DNA of 64,000 bases from Microgenomates group bacterium Gr01-1014_7. GTDB lineage: Bacteria; Patescibacteriota; Microgenomatia; Daviesbacterales; UBA10151. Positions 26,515-36,804 of the stretch are shown in pieces (position 1 is the first letter of the stretch; each line of letters starts with the position of its first letter). The position numbers were made by a program, and so were the translations under genes. The notes beneath the pieces are model-generated. The model saw nothing but the letters and a program-made list of their open reading frames with translations. It did not search any database and was not told the origin of the DNA. Where the stretch lies: positions 19,337 through 83,336 of the forward strand of contig VMGD01000006.1 in the NCBI GenBank assembly GCA_007376405.1, given 5' to 3'.

Positions 26515-28324
26515 TCAACCAGTCTTCCTGATCACGGAAATTGTTGTTACTGATTATTAATTCTTCCGGAATATCAGCCAAAAACCGGGAAACCGGATTA
26601 TTGGATCTTTGCCCGAAAAATAATCTTTGTCTGGCATAAGTTAAAAAAAGCTTTTCTTTGGCCCGGGTAATACCGACATAACAAAGACGGCGCTCTTCTT
26701 CCAGCTCTTGCGGATCAAGCATAGCCCGGGAATGGGGGAATAATCCTTCTTCCATGCCGACTATAAAAACAACTGGGAATTCCAAGCCCTTGGCATTATG
26801 TAAAGTCATTAAAGTAACAGCACTGCTTTGATCGTTGGCTGCCCGGCGCCTGGGATTATCCCCGGCTTCCATCAGAGCAACATTTTCCAAAAATGCCTGC
26901 AAAGAAGGAAATTCTTCTGCTACCGAGCGGAGTTCCTTAACATTTTCAATTCTGCCTAATCCTTCCTCTGTTTTATCATCCAGGTAGTCCAGATAATTGG
27001 TTTTAACAACCACCATATCCAGCAATTCTAGCGTAGTGTATTGATCTAATCTATTTGCTACTTCAGTATAAAGGTCCATTAGAGATTTTAACCTTGTCTT
27101 TCCGATTTTTTCAGCCCGTTTTAGAGAAACTGAATCTTCCGGATTTTGTAATAGCCGTAAATATGAAATTACGTCTTTAATTTCTTTTCTCTGGTAAAAA
27201 CTGGTTCCACCCACCAGTTTGTAGGGAATGCCGCTTTTTAAAAATTGTTCTTCTAAAGCACGAGATTGAGCATTGGTTCTGTAAAGTATTGCATAATTTG
27301 ATAAGCGAGCTTGATTTATTTGAGATAAAATAAACAAAGCTTCCTCTACCTCACTCCTTACTTCTACTATCTGTATTTTTTCTCCTCCTCCATTTTCTGT
27401 CCATAATTTAAGAATAGGGTGGGAAGTATTTTTGGAAATAATGGCAGTGGCAGCATCCAAAATGGTTTGAGTTGAGCGGTAATTTTGTTCCAGGTTAAAA
27501 ACTAAAGCACCCCGATAATCCTTTTGGAAATTTAAAATATTACGGTAATCAGCATTTCTGAATGAATATATACTCTGTGAAGCATCCCCGACAACACAGA
27601 TATTTTTATGGCGGTTAGCTAAATATTTTGAAATCAGATATTGCGCGGCATTGGTATCCTGGTATTCATCAATTAAGATATAACGGAACTGAATTTGATA
27701 ACGGGTTAGAGTTGTAGGATCATTCTGGAAAAGCTTAATAGTTAATAAAAGCAGGTCGTCAAAATCCAATGCTTTGTTTTTTTCCAGGATTTTTTGATAT
27801 TCAATATAAATTCTGGCAACTGTTTCCTGGAAAAACCCTCTGGCATATTGGGGGTATTCCACAGCAGATATAAGTTCGTTTTTTGCTCCCGATATAGTTG
27901 TACGCACTTTGTGCGGGGCAGTTTTCTCAGTGGGGAGGCCTAAATTACCCATGGCTTCCTTGATAGCGTCCATTGCATCGCCTTCATCATAAATTGTAAA
28001 GTATGGAGACAGTCCGATTACTCCTCCGTCTTTTCGCAGTATTTTTGCACAGAAGCTATGAAATGTTCCCATCATTGGTTGAGTGGATAAACTGCCAACT
28101 AATTTTTTAATTCGCTGAATCATTTCCATACTGGCTTTATTTGTAAAGGTGAGGCATAGAATATTTTCCGGGGGTATTTTTTTCTCGGCAATCAGGTAAG
28201 CCACGCGGTAAGTTAATACTCTGGTTTTGCCGGAACCGGCCCCGGCTAAAATTAATACGGGGCCCTCCGTAGCCGTCACAGCTTCCTGTTGCTGTGGGTT
28301 TAAATCATCGAGGAGTGCGGGCAT
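26507..28324 (-). CDS. UvrD/PcrA-family ATP-dependent DNA helicase (compact)
   Basis: LNPQQQEAVTATEGPVLILAGAGSGKTRVLTYRVAYLI (Walker A), DEYQDTN, and downstream helicase motifs. Confidence 0.9.
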   Translation of the reverse strand: MPALLDDLNPQQQEAVTATEGPVLILAGAGSGKTRVLTYRVAYLIAEKKIPPENILCLTFTNKASMEMIQRIKKLVGSLSTQPMMGTFHSFCAKILRKDGGVIGLSPYFTIYDEGDAMDAIKEAMGNLGLPTEKTAPHKVRTTISGAKNELISAVEYPQYARGFFQETVARIYIEYQKILEKNKALDFDDLLLLTIKLFQNDPTTLTRYQIQFRYILIDEYQDTNAAQYLISKYLANRHKNICVVGDASQSIYSFRNADYRNILNFQKDYRGALVFNLEQNYRSTQTILDAATAIISKNTSHPILKLWTENGGGEKIQIVEVRSEVEEALFILSQINQARLSNYAILYRTNAQSRALEEQFLKSGIPYKLVGGTSFYQRKEIKDVISYLRLLQNPEDSVSLKRAEKIGKTRLKSLMDLYTEVANRLDQYTTLELLDMVVVKTNYLDYLDDKTEEGLGRIENVKELRSVAEEFPSLQAFLENVALMEAGDNPRRRAANDQSSAVTLMTLHNAKGLEFPVVFIVGMEEGLFPHSRAMLDPQELEEERRLCYVGITRAKEKLFLTYARQRLFFGQRSNNPVSRFLADIPEELIISNNNFRDQEDWLNA

Positions 28325-28417
28325 GGTGGATATATTAACACCTTTATAATATTTATGACAATAATTTGAGGCTGGAAGATTGAAAATTGCGCTGTTTAAT
28401 CATTGAAATCTTACACA

Positions 28418-28915
28418 CTAAAGCTCTGAAGCAAGTTTGAAGCCAAGTTTGGTATACCATTCATCAGTTGAAAAAATAATCCTGGTGTTAAGTTTTTTTG
28501 CCGTTGCAACAACCAATGCGTCAAAAAGTGTGTTTTTCTTACTTCCTTTTGGGTCAAAAACTATCAGTGCCTCATCCAGCATTTTTGTATCTACGTTTTC
28601 AATTGAAAGCGCACCACCGGTTATTTGGGCAATTACGGATACAACAAGATCAGGTTTATTTAGTTTACGCTTTAAGGTAGTGATAGTTTCCGTAATGGAA
28701 GTTATTGGAAAGACGGTTTGAGCGTCAAGCTGTAAAAGTTTTGTAGCTGTAGCAACTGCCTTTTTATGATTACTATCTTCTTTGGAGAGAATTGCTATCA
28801 GTCCGTCAGTGTCGCCGACAGCAATTATCTGGCTAGTCCCATGTGTACTCATTATGTTTCCTGGATAAATCTGCGGGTAGACCGCTGCCTTTGGGAATAA
28901 TGCCCGCAAGATCAA
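28418..28915 (-). CDS. PIN-like domain protein (putative VapC-type toxin)
   Basis: IIAVGDTDGLIAIL...FDALVVATAKKLNTRIIFSTD pattern of PIN acidic residues. Overlaps the upstream antitoxin-like gene. Weak. Confidence 0.4.
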   Translation of the reverse strand: MILRALFPKAAVYPQIYPGNIMSTHGTSQIIAVGDTDGLIAILSKEDSNHKKAVATATKLLQLDAQTVFPITSITETITTLKRKLNKPDLVVSVIAQITGGALSIENVDTKMLDEALIVFDPKGSKKNTLFDALVVATAKKLNTRIIFSTDEWYTKLGFKLASEL

Positions 28916-29105
28916 GAAGGGTTTTGGTAGATTGTTTATTTTTCAAAAGCTGTAAGTTTTCCAGATCAGCAAGAGGGATAATTGCTACTTGAGGTTTTCT
29001 TTGAGCTATTACAACCGCAGGCTGTTTGGTTTTCTTAACCCTCTCAAAAACCTGCTTATAGTTTCTTATCATCTCTCTTGCCGTTACGGTATTGGGAGTT
29101 AACAT
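28833..29105 (-). CDS. Phd/YefM-like antitoxin (putative)
   Basis: TVTAREMIRNYKQVFERVKKTKQPAVVIAQRKPQVAIIPLADLENLQ resembles type II antitoxin N-terminal domains. Confidence 0.4.
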   Translation of the reverse strand: MLTPNTVTAREMIRNYKQVFERVKKTKQPAVVIAQRKPQVAIIPLADLENLQLLKNKQSTKTLLDLAGIIPKGSGLPADLSRKHNEYTWD

Positions 29106-29176
29106 AATATATATTATACATTAAGACACCATATTTGTCAAGTATTTTGTTGACATAATTTATGACAATTTACTGA

Positions 29177-29878
29177 TTAAATAATAAACTGGTTAACTGG
29201 GGAATTTAGGTAGTCTTTGTTTATGCGGGAGTTGATTTTTTTAATCCACTCAAGATCAATATGTAACTGCTCTGCAATCTCTTCCGGCTTAAGTGTTTTT
29301 TCTGTTAATAAATAAAGTATTTGATCTACTTTTTCCCACTGATTTGTTTTGGGGATAAATTGCTCGGGTAAATTTAGCAATTTGGCCAGCTCAATAATTT
29401 CTGTTTTATACAAAGAATAAAAAGGCATTATCTGGCCGTAAAAACCTTGCGGTCTTGTGCCTGCTAACCTGTCACTTTTATCAATAATATCAACAAGGAC
29501 CGCTTTCATATTATCTGCCTGGATTAATAAGTGGTAATTTATAAAACGGTTATAAAAATTCCTGACAGCCTCCGGTTGATGCGGGTGATAGCTGGATAGT
29601 TCGCTGCGATAAGCTACTCCCCGTTTTAGTATATAAGTATTTAAAGATAGGTTTTGGCAGAATGCTGTTAGGCTGTTTGTCCTGGCAGCTTCGTCAAAAT
29701 CAAAAATCAAAGCTACAGCTTTTTCTCCCAGGGCCCTTTGCAGTGCCGCCGCAGCTACCAGGGAATTTAAATCACCATTAATTCCAACCATTACTTTAGA
29801 AAAATTTTTATGAGAATATTTAATAAAGTTAATTAATTTATCAACCAGCTGTTGGTCAATTCTTTTAGGCAGGTTCAT
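29177..29878 (-). CDS. NAD synthetase-like PP-loop protein with degenerate SGGxDS motif
   Basis: VGINGDLNSLVAAAAL in place of the PP-loop; GFYGQIMPFYSLYKTEIIELAKLLNLP resembles the NadE C-terminal region. Confidence 0.35.
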   Translation of the reverse strand: MNLPKRIDQQLVDKLINFIKYSHKNFSKVMVGINGDLNSLVAAAALQRALGEKAVALIFDFDEAARTNSLTAFCQNLSLNTYILKRGVAYRSELSSYHPHQPEAVRNFYNRFINYHLLIQADNMKAVLVDIIDKSDRLAGTRPQGFYGQIMPFYSLYKTEIIELAKLLNLPEQFIPKTNQWEKVDQILYLLTEKTLKPEEIAEQLHIDLEWIKKINSRINKDYLNSPVNQFII

Positions 29879-29912
29879 TGTTGTAAAGCTTTAATAATAG
29901 TATACTAATTTC

Positions 29913-30794
29913 ATGGATAATCTGCCTCCTCCAATTCAGGTTACCCGGGGTGATAGTGGCGGTAAACCTCCGCCGTCCGATGATTCACTGGTAGAATTTA
30001 AAGTTAAAAATCCTTTTCAGAAATTTTTCAACTGGATTATCAGTTTCATGAAGAGAAATGCCAATATCACTATCAAGATACCGCTCATAGGCATCTTCAT
30101 AGCGCTTTTTGGTGCAGGTTATACCATTGGTTTTAACAACGCGATTTCTAAATTCTTTCCTGATTCTTCTCCGCTTTTTCACAGAGCCATTTCAGTTGAG
30201 GGTATTATCCAAAGGGGCAGTTCAGGCAAATTTTATCTAAAATCAGGAGATAATACCTGGACTTTAAAACCAGTAAATCAGGAAATTAATCCGGCAGATT
30301 ATATGGATCAGGAAGTAACAATCAAGGGTAATTTAAGCAGTCAAAAGGGAGTTATTGAAGTTGCGGAGGTTATCTCTACTACGCCGGCTCCTCCTGCTGA
30401 ACCTGTCATTCCTGCTCCTTTATCTAATCCTCCTATTTCTTCTAATTCTTCTAATTTTTCTGACCTTCCTGTTTTATATTCCGGTCTTCAGTGGGAAACC
30501 AGTCAAAAAAAGCTTTTAACTTTTACTTCCGGAAAAAGAAGGATAGAGGAACAGGGGATATATTTTGAATCTGCTATGATAAATCAGTTCCCCCAGGAAT
30601 TTATTAATTATTATCTGGAAGATTTAAACGGCAAAGGTTTTAAAGAAACTTTAAATTCCATTAATCCTGATGGAATTACCATCACTTATTCCAAAGATAA
30701 TTTGTTTTTAACTTTTGGAGTTAAATATAAATATTCCGGGTCAGGAGATAAAAAACAATTTACAGGTTACAAAGCCTTTATAGAACATAACTAA
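29913..30794 (+). CDS. hypothetical secreted/membrane-anchored protein
   Basis: 293 aa, TM anchor near residue 55, Pro-rich linker. Confidence 0.4.
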   Translation: MDNLPPPIQVTRGDSGGKPPPSDDSLVEFKVKNPFQKFFNWIISFMKRNANITIKIPLIGIFIALFGAGYTIGFNNAISKFFPDSSPLFHRAISVEGIIQRGSSGKFYLKSGDNTWTLKPVNQEINPADYMDQEVTIKGNLSSQKGVIEVAEVISTTPAPPAEPVIPAPLSNPPISSNSSNFSDLPVLYSGLQWETSQKKLLTFTSGKRRIEEQGIYFESAMINQFPQEFINYYLEDLNGKGFKETLNSINPDGITITYSKDNLFLTFGVKYKYSGSGDKKQFTGYKAFIEHN

Positions 30795-31147
30795 ATTACC
30801 AGTTTTGCCGGGTGGAGTTTTCTTTCAAACGGGTCAAGAACCAAACCCATTGCTTCAAGAGTTAATACCCCCAAAAGCGGAGAGTCGCCTGCTTTTCCTA
30901 GGACTACAGGGGATGCGGTTCTTCTCCCCCCAAATTTAATATAGGCACTTCCAACCGGGCGGGTGATACTTCTTCCATCAGCCAGGCTAAATTGTTGTTT
31001 AAAGTCAGGTTTTAAGTCAAGTTTTTTAACCATTCTCTGTGGCAAAACCGTATAAGCTGCTCCACTGTCAACTAAAAATTCTCCCCTTACCGCTTTAGTC
31101 TGGTCTTCAGGATTCGTTATTTCTAAAACAACAGTAGTAAGTCCCAT
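30791..31147 (-). CDS. retropepsin-like aspartic protease
   Basis: FLVDSGAAYTVLP (D-S-G-A active site) in a 118-aa protein. Confidence 0.7.
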   Translation of the reverse strand: MGLTTVVLEITNPEDQTKAVRGEFLVDSGAAYTVLPQRMVKKLDLKPDFKQQFSLADGRSITRPVGSAYIKFGGRRTASPVVLGKAGDSPLLGVLTLEAMGLVLDPFERKLHPAKLVI

Positions 31148-31190
31148 ATGCGATTGTATTTTAACAAAAATCCTGCTATTATTCCAGTCT

Positions 31191-31451
31191 ATGGCAGTTA
31201 AACTTTTAGACTACTTCGCTCCCTGGTGCGGCCCGTGCCATGTAATGGCTCCAGTTTTGGAAGAAATTGAGAAGGAATTGGTGGGTAAAGTAGAGGTTGT
31301 CAGAATCAATGTAGATAAACAGCCTGCAGAAGCACAAAAATATGGGGTGCTGAGTATTCCCACGTATATAATTGAAAAAGATGGTCAGGAAGTTGGCCGC
31401 AAAATAGGAGTTACCCCCAAAGCAGAACTAATTAAACTTTTAGGCGTTTAA
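31191..31451 (+). CDS. trxA: thioredoxin
   Basis: FAPWCGPCHVMAP active site; 86 aa. Confidence 0.9.
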   Translation: MAVKLLDYFAPWCGPCHVMAPVLEEIEKELVGKVEVVRINVDKQPAEAQKYGVLSIPTYIIEKDGQEVGRKIGVTPKAELIKLLGV

Positions 31452-31750
31452 TGGACTTCAAGGATAAAGTCATTCAGATAGTTAAACAAATCCCGTATGG
31501 AAAAGTTACGACCTATGGTACTATTTCTACTTTGGCGGGTTTACCCAGAGGAGCGAGGCTTGTTGGAGGGATACTTCACTTTAATATTGAGAAATCTCCA
31601 TGGCATAGAGTTATAAATAGAAATGGATTTATTTCCACTAAATGTTTAGAACACCCAAAAGCTTTGCAAAAAACTTTACTTGAGCAAGAGGGCATTGAGG
31701 TCTCAAAAGATTTCATGGTAGACTTGAAAAGGTATGGCTGGTTCGGGTAG
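31451..31750 (+). CDS. atl: alkyltransferase-like (ATL) protein, MGMT DNA-binding domain with PWHRV
   Basis: IPYGKVTTYGTIS...PWHRVINRNG. Tryptophan replaces the catalytic cysteine of PCHRV, as in Atl1/YbaZ. Confidence 0.75.
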   Translation: MDFKDKVIQIVKQIPYGKVTTYGTISTLAGLPRGARLVGGILHFNIEKSPWHRVINRNGFISTKCLEHPKALQKTLLEQEGIEVSKDFMVDLKRYGWFG

Positions 31751-32423
31751 TAATATGAAAAACATTTGGATTATAGCTAACTGGAAAAGCAACAAAACAA
31801 TTGCTGAAGCCCTTGACTGGGTGTCCAAAGTTGGACCGGCAATTCCCAAGAGGGATGGTCTGAAAGTAGTGATTTGCCCAACTTTTAGTTGTATTTCCGA
31901 AGTAAAAAAAGCTGTGACTGTGGGAAATTTTCCCTTAATGGTAGGGGTGCAAGATCTTTCCCCTTTTGGAGTAGGGGCTTATACAGGGGAAGAGCCTGCA
32001 AAGCTTCTTGAAGATTATGTTAACCTGGCTATTTTAGGTCATTCCGAAAGAAGACAAAATTTTGGTGAAACTGACGAGATGGTTGCAAAGAAAGCAGAGC
32101 AGGCATTGGCAAATAGCACAATACCGCTTATATGTGTGCAGAACGAAGAAACTCCTGTACCGGAAGATTGTAAGCTGGTGGCTTATGAACCTGTTTGGGC
32201 CATAGGAACTGGTAATCCTGATACTCCGCAAAATGCCGCTGATGTAGCAAAAAAATTAAAACAAAAATACGGCGGGGAATTACAGGTGCTTTATGGGGGA
32301 AGTGTAACTTCACAAAACGTAAAAAGCTTTGTAAGTCAGGAAAATATTGACGGAGTGCTGGTGGGCAATGCCTCTTTGGATGCAGAAGAATTCATCAAGA
32401 TAGTAAAGGGGTGTGAGGAGTAA
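31734..32423 (+). CDS. tpiA: triosephosphate isomerase
   Basis: IIANWKSNKT, GHSERR, YEPVWAIGTG, GGSV motifs. Confidence 0.9.
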   Translation: MAGSGSNMKNIWIIANWKSNKTIAEALDWVSKVGPAIPKRDGLKVVICPTFSCISEVKKAVTVGNFPLMVGVQDLSPFGVGAYTGEEPAKLLEDYVNLAILGHSERRQNFGETDEMVAKKAEQALANSTIPLICVQNEETPVPEDCKLVAYEPVWAIGTGNPDTPQNAADVAKKLKQKYGGELQVLYGGSVTSQNVKSFVSQENIDGVLVGNASLDAEEFIKIVKGCEE

Positions 32424-32428
32424 ACTTT

Positions 32429-33664
32429 GTGAAACGGATTAATTTGCAACCGGGTGAACGTTCAAATCCCATTAAAGTAAGAAAAGTTAAAAGGATAATT
32501 ACCAAGCTGTTCCCCTTTGTTTTGGTAATCAGTCTTTTAACCGTACTGTCCATTTTTCTAATTACTCTTTCCGGTTCCAATACTGTTATTAATTTTAACT
32601 GGCCGGGAAATCCTTTTAAGTCTACCGGTGGCAGAGTAAATATTTTACTTTTAGGCATTGCCGGAGGGACGCATGACGGAAGTAACTTAACCGATACAAT
32701 TATGGTTGCCTCATATAATTTTAAAACCAGTCAAGTATATCTTATATCTATCCCGAGAGATTTGTGGCTGCCTGCTTTAAGAACCAAAGCTAATGCGGTT
32801 TATCAGATGGGCATGAATCAAAATAACGGGTTAGGTTTTAGCAAAACTATTATGGGAAATGTTTTGGGAATTCCAATTCACTATGGTTTAAGGATAGATT
32901 TTAGAGGTTTTGTTGCGGCAATAAATACCTTGGATGGAATAGATGTTTTAGTGGATCGCTCCTTTGATGATTATAATTATCCGATTGAAGGCAAGGAAAA
33001 TGATCTATGCGGATTTGAGGAAAAAGAAATTGATTTTTCGGAGAATCAAGCCAAACAGTTAAATATCGATCCGGGTAAAAGAAAAGTGTTTGTGGCCCCG
33101 GATGGAAAAATCGCCACAGATTCGGCTGAAGAAGATAAAGGTATTCAGTATTTTTCCTGCAGGTATGAGCACGTTAGCTTTAAGGAGGGCTTGACCCATA
33201 TGGACGGGGAAACTGCCTTAAACTTTGTCAGATCAAGGCACGGAACCAATGGGGAAGGGTCTGATTTTGCTAGGTCCAAAAGACAGGAGAAGGCTTTACA
33301 AGCCACCAGAGAAAAAGCGTTATCCCTGGAAACGCTTTTTAATCCAGAGAAAATTTCTGGACTGATAAAAACTCTGGGTAAAAGCATAGACACGGATATT
33401 TCTGTTAAAGAAGGGTTGGAGTTTTATAAACTATTGAAAAACTTAAATAAAACTCATAATTTTGTTTTGGATGACTCTTTAAGAACCGGTTTTCCGTTAG
33501 GTAGAAGTTCTTTATTAATACATCCGCCTGCTTCAGATTATGGAGGGGCTTATGTTTTAGTGTCCCAGGATGATGACTTTTCAATCATACAAGGGTATAT
33601 TAGAAAGTTATTAAACGGGGAGGTAGAAAATGAAAGCAGTGCTTCTGCACGGTCCGGTAATTAG
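32429..33664 (+). CDS. LytR-CpsA-Psr (LCP) family protein
   Basis: TM anchor, NILLLGIAGGTHDGSNLTDTIMVASYN, ISIPRDLW, and a C-terminal LytR_C-like region. Confidence 0.85.
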   Translation: MKRINLQPGERSNPIKVRKVKRIITKLFPFVLVISLLTVLSIFLITLSGSNTVINFNWPGNPFKSTGGRVNILLLGIAGGTHDGSNLTDTIMVASYNFKTSQVYLISIPRDLWLPALRTKANAVYQMGMNQNNGLGFSKTIMGNVLGIPIHYGLRIDFRGFVAAINTLDGIDVLVDRSFDDYNYPIEGKENDLCGFEEKEIDFSENQAKQLNIDPGKRKVFVAPDGKIATDSAEEDKGIQYFSCRYEHVSFKEGLTHMDGETALNFVRSRHGTNGEGSDFARSKRQEKALQATREKALSLETLFNPEKISGLIKTLGKSIDTDISVKEGLEFYKLLKNLNKTHNFVLDDSLRTGFPLGRSSLLIHPPASDYGGAYVLVSQDDDFSIIQGYIRKLLNGEVENESSASARSGN

Positions 33665-34289
33665 CTCATCCAGAGGCAAACTTATTGACATTAAAAAAAA
33701 GTTTGACCCAAATAATGTGGTTGTCTTTGACCCTTCGGCAAGCTCTGGGCAAATAATGGCAAGTTTACAGACGGTACCAATGTTTTCCGATGATCGCCTG
33801 ATTATTATTGAAAACCCACAGGAAGATTTTGTTTTACCCTATACCCTATACTCTATACCCTATACCCTTATCTTATGGTTTGATCATGAAATTGATCCCA
33901 AAAAATATCCCCAAGCTGAAATTCTATTTTTCCCGGAAGGGAAAGAAATTTCTGCCTTCCCATTTCTGGATCTCTTGGCCTCTAAAAATGAGCAAAGCTC
34001 TACTGCGTATAAAAATGCCTTTTTAGAACTGGAAAAGCTTAAAAATGCCGGTTTTGATACGCAATATATAATCACGATGGTTTTTTATCTCCTGAGAAGT
34101 TTAATTTATCTTCCTAAAAAAGCTCATCCGTATGTTATGCAAAAAGTAGCCAAGCAAAGAAAAAATTTCTCTCAGGGTGAAATAATTTCCCTTTATAGAT
34201 TTATTTTGGATTCGGATTTTAAAATAAAAAAAGGGCTCTTGGAAACAGGTCATGCAGAATTTTTACTGGTTAATTTGTTTTGCCATTAA
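33630..34289 (+). CDS. DNA polymerase III delta subunit (HolA)-like, short
   Basis: N-terminal pattern LLHGPVISSS...SGQIMASLQTVPMFSDDRLIIIEN resembles HolA. Weak. Contains the 34-bp tataccct element (33837-33870). Confidence 0.4.
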   Translation: MKAVLLHGPVISSSRGKLIDIKKKFDPNNVVVFDPSASSGQIMASLQTVPMFSDDRLIIIENPQEDFVLPYTLYSIPYTLILWFDHEIDPKKYPQAEILFFPEGKEISAFPFLDLLASKNEQSSTAYKNAFLELEKLKNAGFDTQYIITMVFYLLRSLIYLPKKAHPYVMQKVAKQRKNFSQGEIISLYRFILDSDFKIKKGLLETGHAEFLLVNLFCH

Positions 34290-35165
34290 ATCCAGGTCCT
34301 CTTGATCAACTACCCCATCTTTATTTAAATCAGCCCTTTTGTCCTTTAGGTTTGGGCCGAAATTTTGCAAAATAATGGCATTGTCCGCAGCATTTATTTT
34401 GCCATCCCCGTTTAAATCATATTTACTCGTATCGTAATTGGAGGTAGTAAGGTCCAAATCAGCACCCAGGCTGATAGGAGGTAACCCTTCCTTTGCATCT
34501 TCCAGTTTAAACAAGGCGCTGGCCTGTCCTTTTCCGGATATAATGGTTAGTTTTGCAATTGCCGCATCTGTTAGCGGGAAGCTGTCAGATAAATCCGCTT
34601 TTCTTAATTGAGATATGGGGATTAGGAAATTACCCGAATTTTTAGCTAAAGCGGACTCTGTAGTTGCATCAGCAATGGAGAGATAAACAATAGCTTCATC
34701 CACAGGGGTATTGTTATCAAGCACCGATCCGATGATGGGCTGAAATCCGGTTTGAGCGAAAAGAGGAGCGGCTGTTGTAAATTTTAGAGTTTCGGTTGAA
34801 ATTTTACTTGTGATAATTTTGTACTGATAGGTAGTTTTAGGAAGAAGATTTTTTATTGTTACATAATGCATAGTATGAGGTTTTGGACTGCCGGTATCCC
34901 GCTCATCCAGAATAGTTTGCTCGTCAGGGTTTGATTGGCCAAAACTAATAAAAGATACAGTCGGAGCAGATGTTTGCCAGGAAATATTAATAGAATCATC
35001 AGATATATTTGATAGTGTAATATTTTGCGGAGTTGAATCGGGGGATGCTTTAGAGATGAAACTTTGTTCTTTTAGGGTGAGAAACACTCCGGCTCCTATC
35101 CCAATAATTATAATACCCAGTCCTAAAAGGGTAGGTATCTTAAACTTATTTATAAAATTCTTCAT
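34263..35165 (-). CDS. secreted FN3-like / dockerin-like repeat protein
   Basis: TM/signal, FN3-like ITLSNISDDSINISWQT, C-terminal dockerin-type Ca-binding repeats DLNGDGKINAADNAII and DLNKDGVVDQEDL. Confidence 0.45.
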   Translation of the reverse strand: MKNFINKFKIPTLLGLGIIIIGIGAGVFLTLKEQSFISKASPDSTPQNITLSNISDDSINISWQTSAPTVSFISFGQSNPDEQTILDERDTGSPKPHTMHYVTIKNLLPKTTYQYKIITSKISTETLKFTTAAPLFAQTGFQPIIGSVLDNNTPVDEAIVYLSIADATTESALAKNSGNFLIPISQLRKADLSDSFPLTDAAIAKLTIISGKGQASALFKLEDAKEGLPPISLGADLDLTTSNYDTSKYDLNGDGKINAADNAIILQNFGPNLKDKRADLNKDGVVDQEDLDLMAKQINQ

Positions 35166-35334
35166 GGTGTTACTTTCAATCCGGAGATATCAAACTCAGG
35201 ACTGATTGGTTCAATCAACTCCTTTGTTTTTGAAGGAATTTCAACTTGAGCGCGGGTATGCAATATATCAAATACTACCCAGGCACAGATTGTTAAAAAT
35301 GTTAAAATTGCGGCAACCAGCCACTCTTTCCTGC

Positions 35335-35940
35335 TCATTTTAGGTAATATGCCTTTCCGGAAAGGGACATTACGAGTCCTCCTCCTTCACTAAGCTTTGA
35401 TAAAGATAAGTTATCTATCGAGATTAACCTACCACTACTTTTTAAATCCTGCAATATGGAAATAAGTTTTGCGTACTCACCCTCAACATTGAAAATAAAG
35501 GAAATTTCCGCAAGATTACTTACTTTATCCTCCTCCTTTGCAGCTATCGTTAGAGGTTGAATTTGTAAGGCCGAGATTGAAGCCTCGTATTTTTTGGCTG
35601 TTTGCTCAAGTGTTTGGATGACAGATTTAAGCTCGGCAGTATCAGGGATGGCTGATGAAATTCTGATTTTGATGTTTGGATCCAGGTTATCATAATTTTG
35701 TTTACCTTTTGATAGATTTTCCGCTTTTTGATTAACTTTTTCCAAGACTTGCGTTGAGTTGGCCAGTTTTTTTTGCAGAACCAGAATTGTTTCAACAGTG
35801 GGCTTTATTGCGTAAATAATGAATATAACCATAATCACAAGAGTAAAAATGGTTGAACCGTAAGTTTTTATAATCGGAAGTTTTGTAATAGGTTTTATAT
35901 AGGTAAAATATCTGGAATATCTTGATGATTTATCTCTCAT
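35335..35940 (-). CDS. PilO-like pilus assembly protein (putative)
   Basis: N-terminal TM, coiled coil, C-terminal ferredoxin-like region; paired with the upstream PilN-like gene. Confidence 0.3.
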   Translation of the reverse strand: MRDKSSRYSRYFTYIKPITKLPIIKTYGSTIFTLVIMVIFIIYAIKPTVETILVLQKKLANSTQVLEKVNQKAENLSKGKQNYDNLDPNIKIRISSAIPDTAELKSVIQTLEQTAKKYEASISALQIQPLTIAAKEEDKVSNLAEISFIFNVEGEYAKLISILQDLKSSGRLISIDNLSLSKLSEGGGLVMSLSGKAYYLK

Positions 35941-36527
35941 GAACTTTTTCCTCCTGAAGGATTTGAATTTGCCTGGGCACTAACACTAAAATTTAAACTG
36001 CCCTTTTCAAAACCAATACTGGTAACCGCAACATCAGAGAAGCTTTGATCATCTTTTAGCCCCTGGATAAAGGTAGATAAAGCATTATTATTTTCCGCTT
36101 GAGCATTCAAATTAACAGTAACTTTATTGCCGTTTTTTTCTAAGTTAAGACTAATTATTTTTACACCGATTGGGGTTTGAGCGGCAATCCTTTTTAAAAT
36201 TTGAGGATAATCGGCATAGTTTGAATAGAAAGATGAAATAGCTGAAAGTTTAAGCTGGGTTTGTCGGATTAAAATTTCCACAGGCTTTAAACTCTCAATA
36301 TAGGGAATTTGTTGCTCAATTGCTTCTTTTTTGGAAGCTAAATCGTCATCCAATTTAAATCTGGAAATAAAAACAATCAAAACCAAGGCTTCCACAAAAA
36401 TAAATATATAGCGGCCGGTAGAAAGAAGCCAGCGGAGCAGTCTACTAAAAAGCTTTTCCGGACTACTTTGCGGCCTTAGCAAATCCAAGTTAATAGCAGG
36501 AAACTTAATAATCTTTGCTTTGGGCAT
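35937..36527 (-). CDS. PilN-like pilus assembly protein (putative)
   Basis: Short cytoplasmic N-terminus, TM, periplasmic domain; overlaps the pilO-like start by 4 nt. Confidence 0.3.
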   Translation of the reverse strand: MPKAKIIKFPAINLDLLRPQSSPEKLFSRLLRWLLSTGRYIFIFVEALVLIVFISRFKLDDDLASKKEAIEQQIPYIESLKPVEILIRQTQLKLSAISSFYSNYADYPQILKRIAAQTPIGVKIISLNLEKNGNKVTVNLNAQAENNNALSTFIQGLKDDQSFSDVAVTSIGFEKGSLNFSVSAQANSNPSGGKSS

Positions 36528-36540
36528 GCATTAATTATAC

Positions 36541-36804
36541 TTAATTTTTCGCCGCTTTTTTAGGGGCTGTTTGTTTAACTGTTTTACTTAATCTTGATTT
36601 AAGTCTGGCTGCTTTGTTGGGGTGGATCAGTTTGACTTTGGTTGCTTTGTCTAAAGCGGAAAAAACTGCTTGAAGGTCTTTGGCAGATTTTGAGGTTCGC
36701 ACCCTTTTTATTAAAATCTTTAAAGCTAACTCCCGTTTTTTATTACGGGCTGTTCGAACTTTATCTTTCCTGACCTTTTTAATTGCCGAGCGTATTATTG
36801 GCAT
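36541..36804 (-). CDS. rpsT: 30S ribosomal protein S20
   Basis: MPIIRSAIKKVRKDKVRTARNKKRE...KATKVKLIHPNKAARLKSRL matches bS20. Confidence 0.85.
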   Translation of the reverse strand: MPIIRSAIKKVRKDKVRTARNKKRELALKILIKRVRTSKSAKDLQAVFSALDKATKVKLIHPNKAARLKSRLSKTVKQTAPKKAAKN

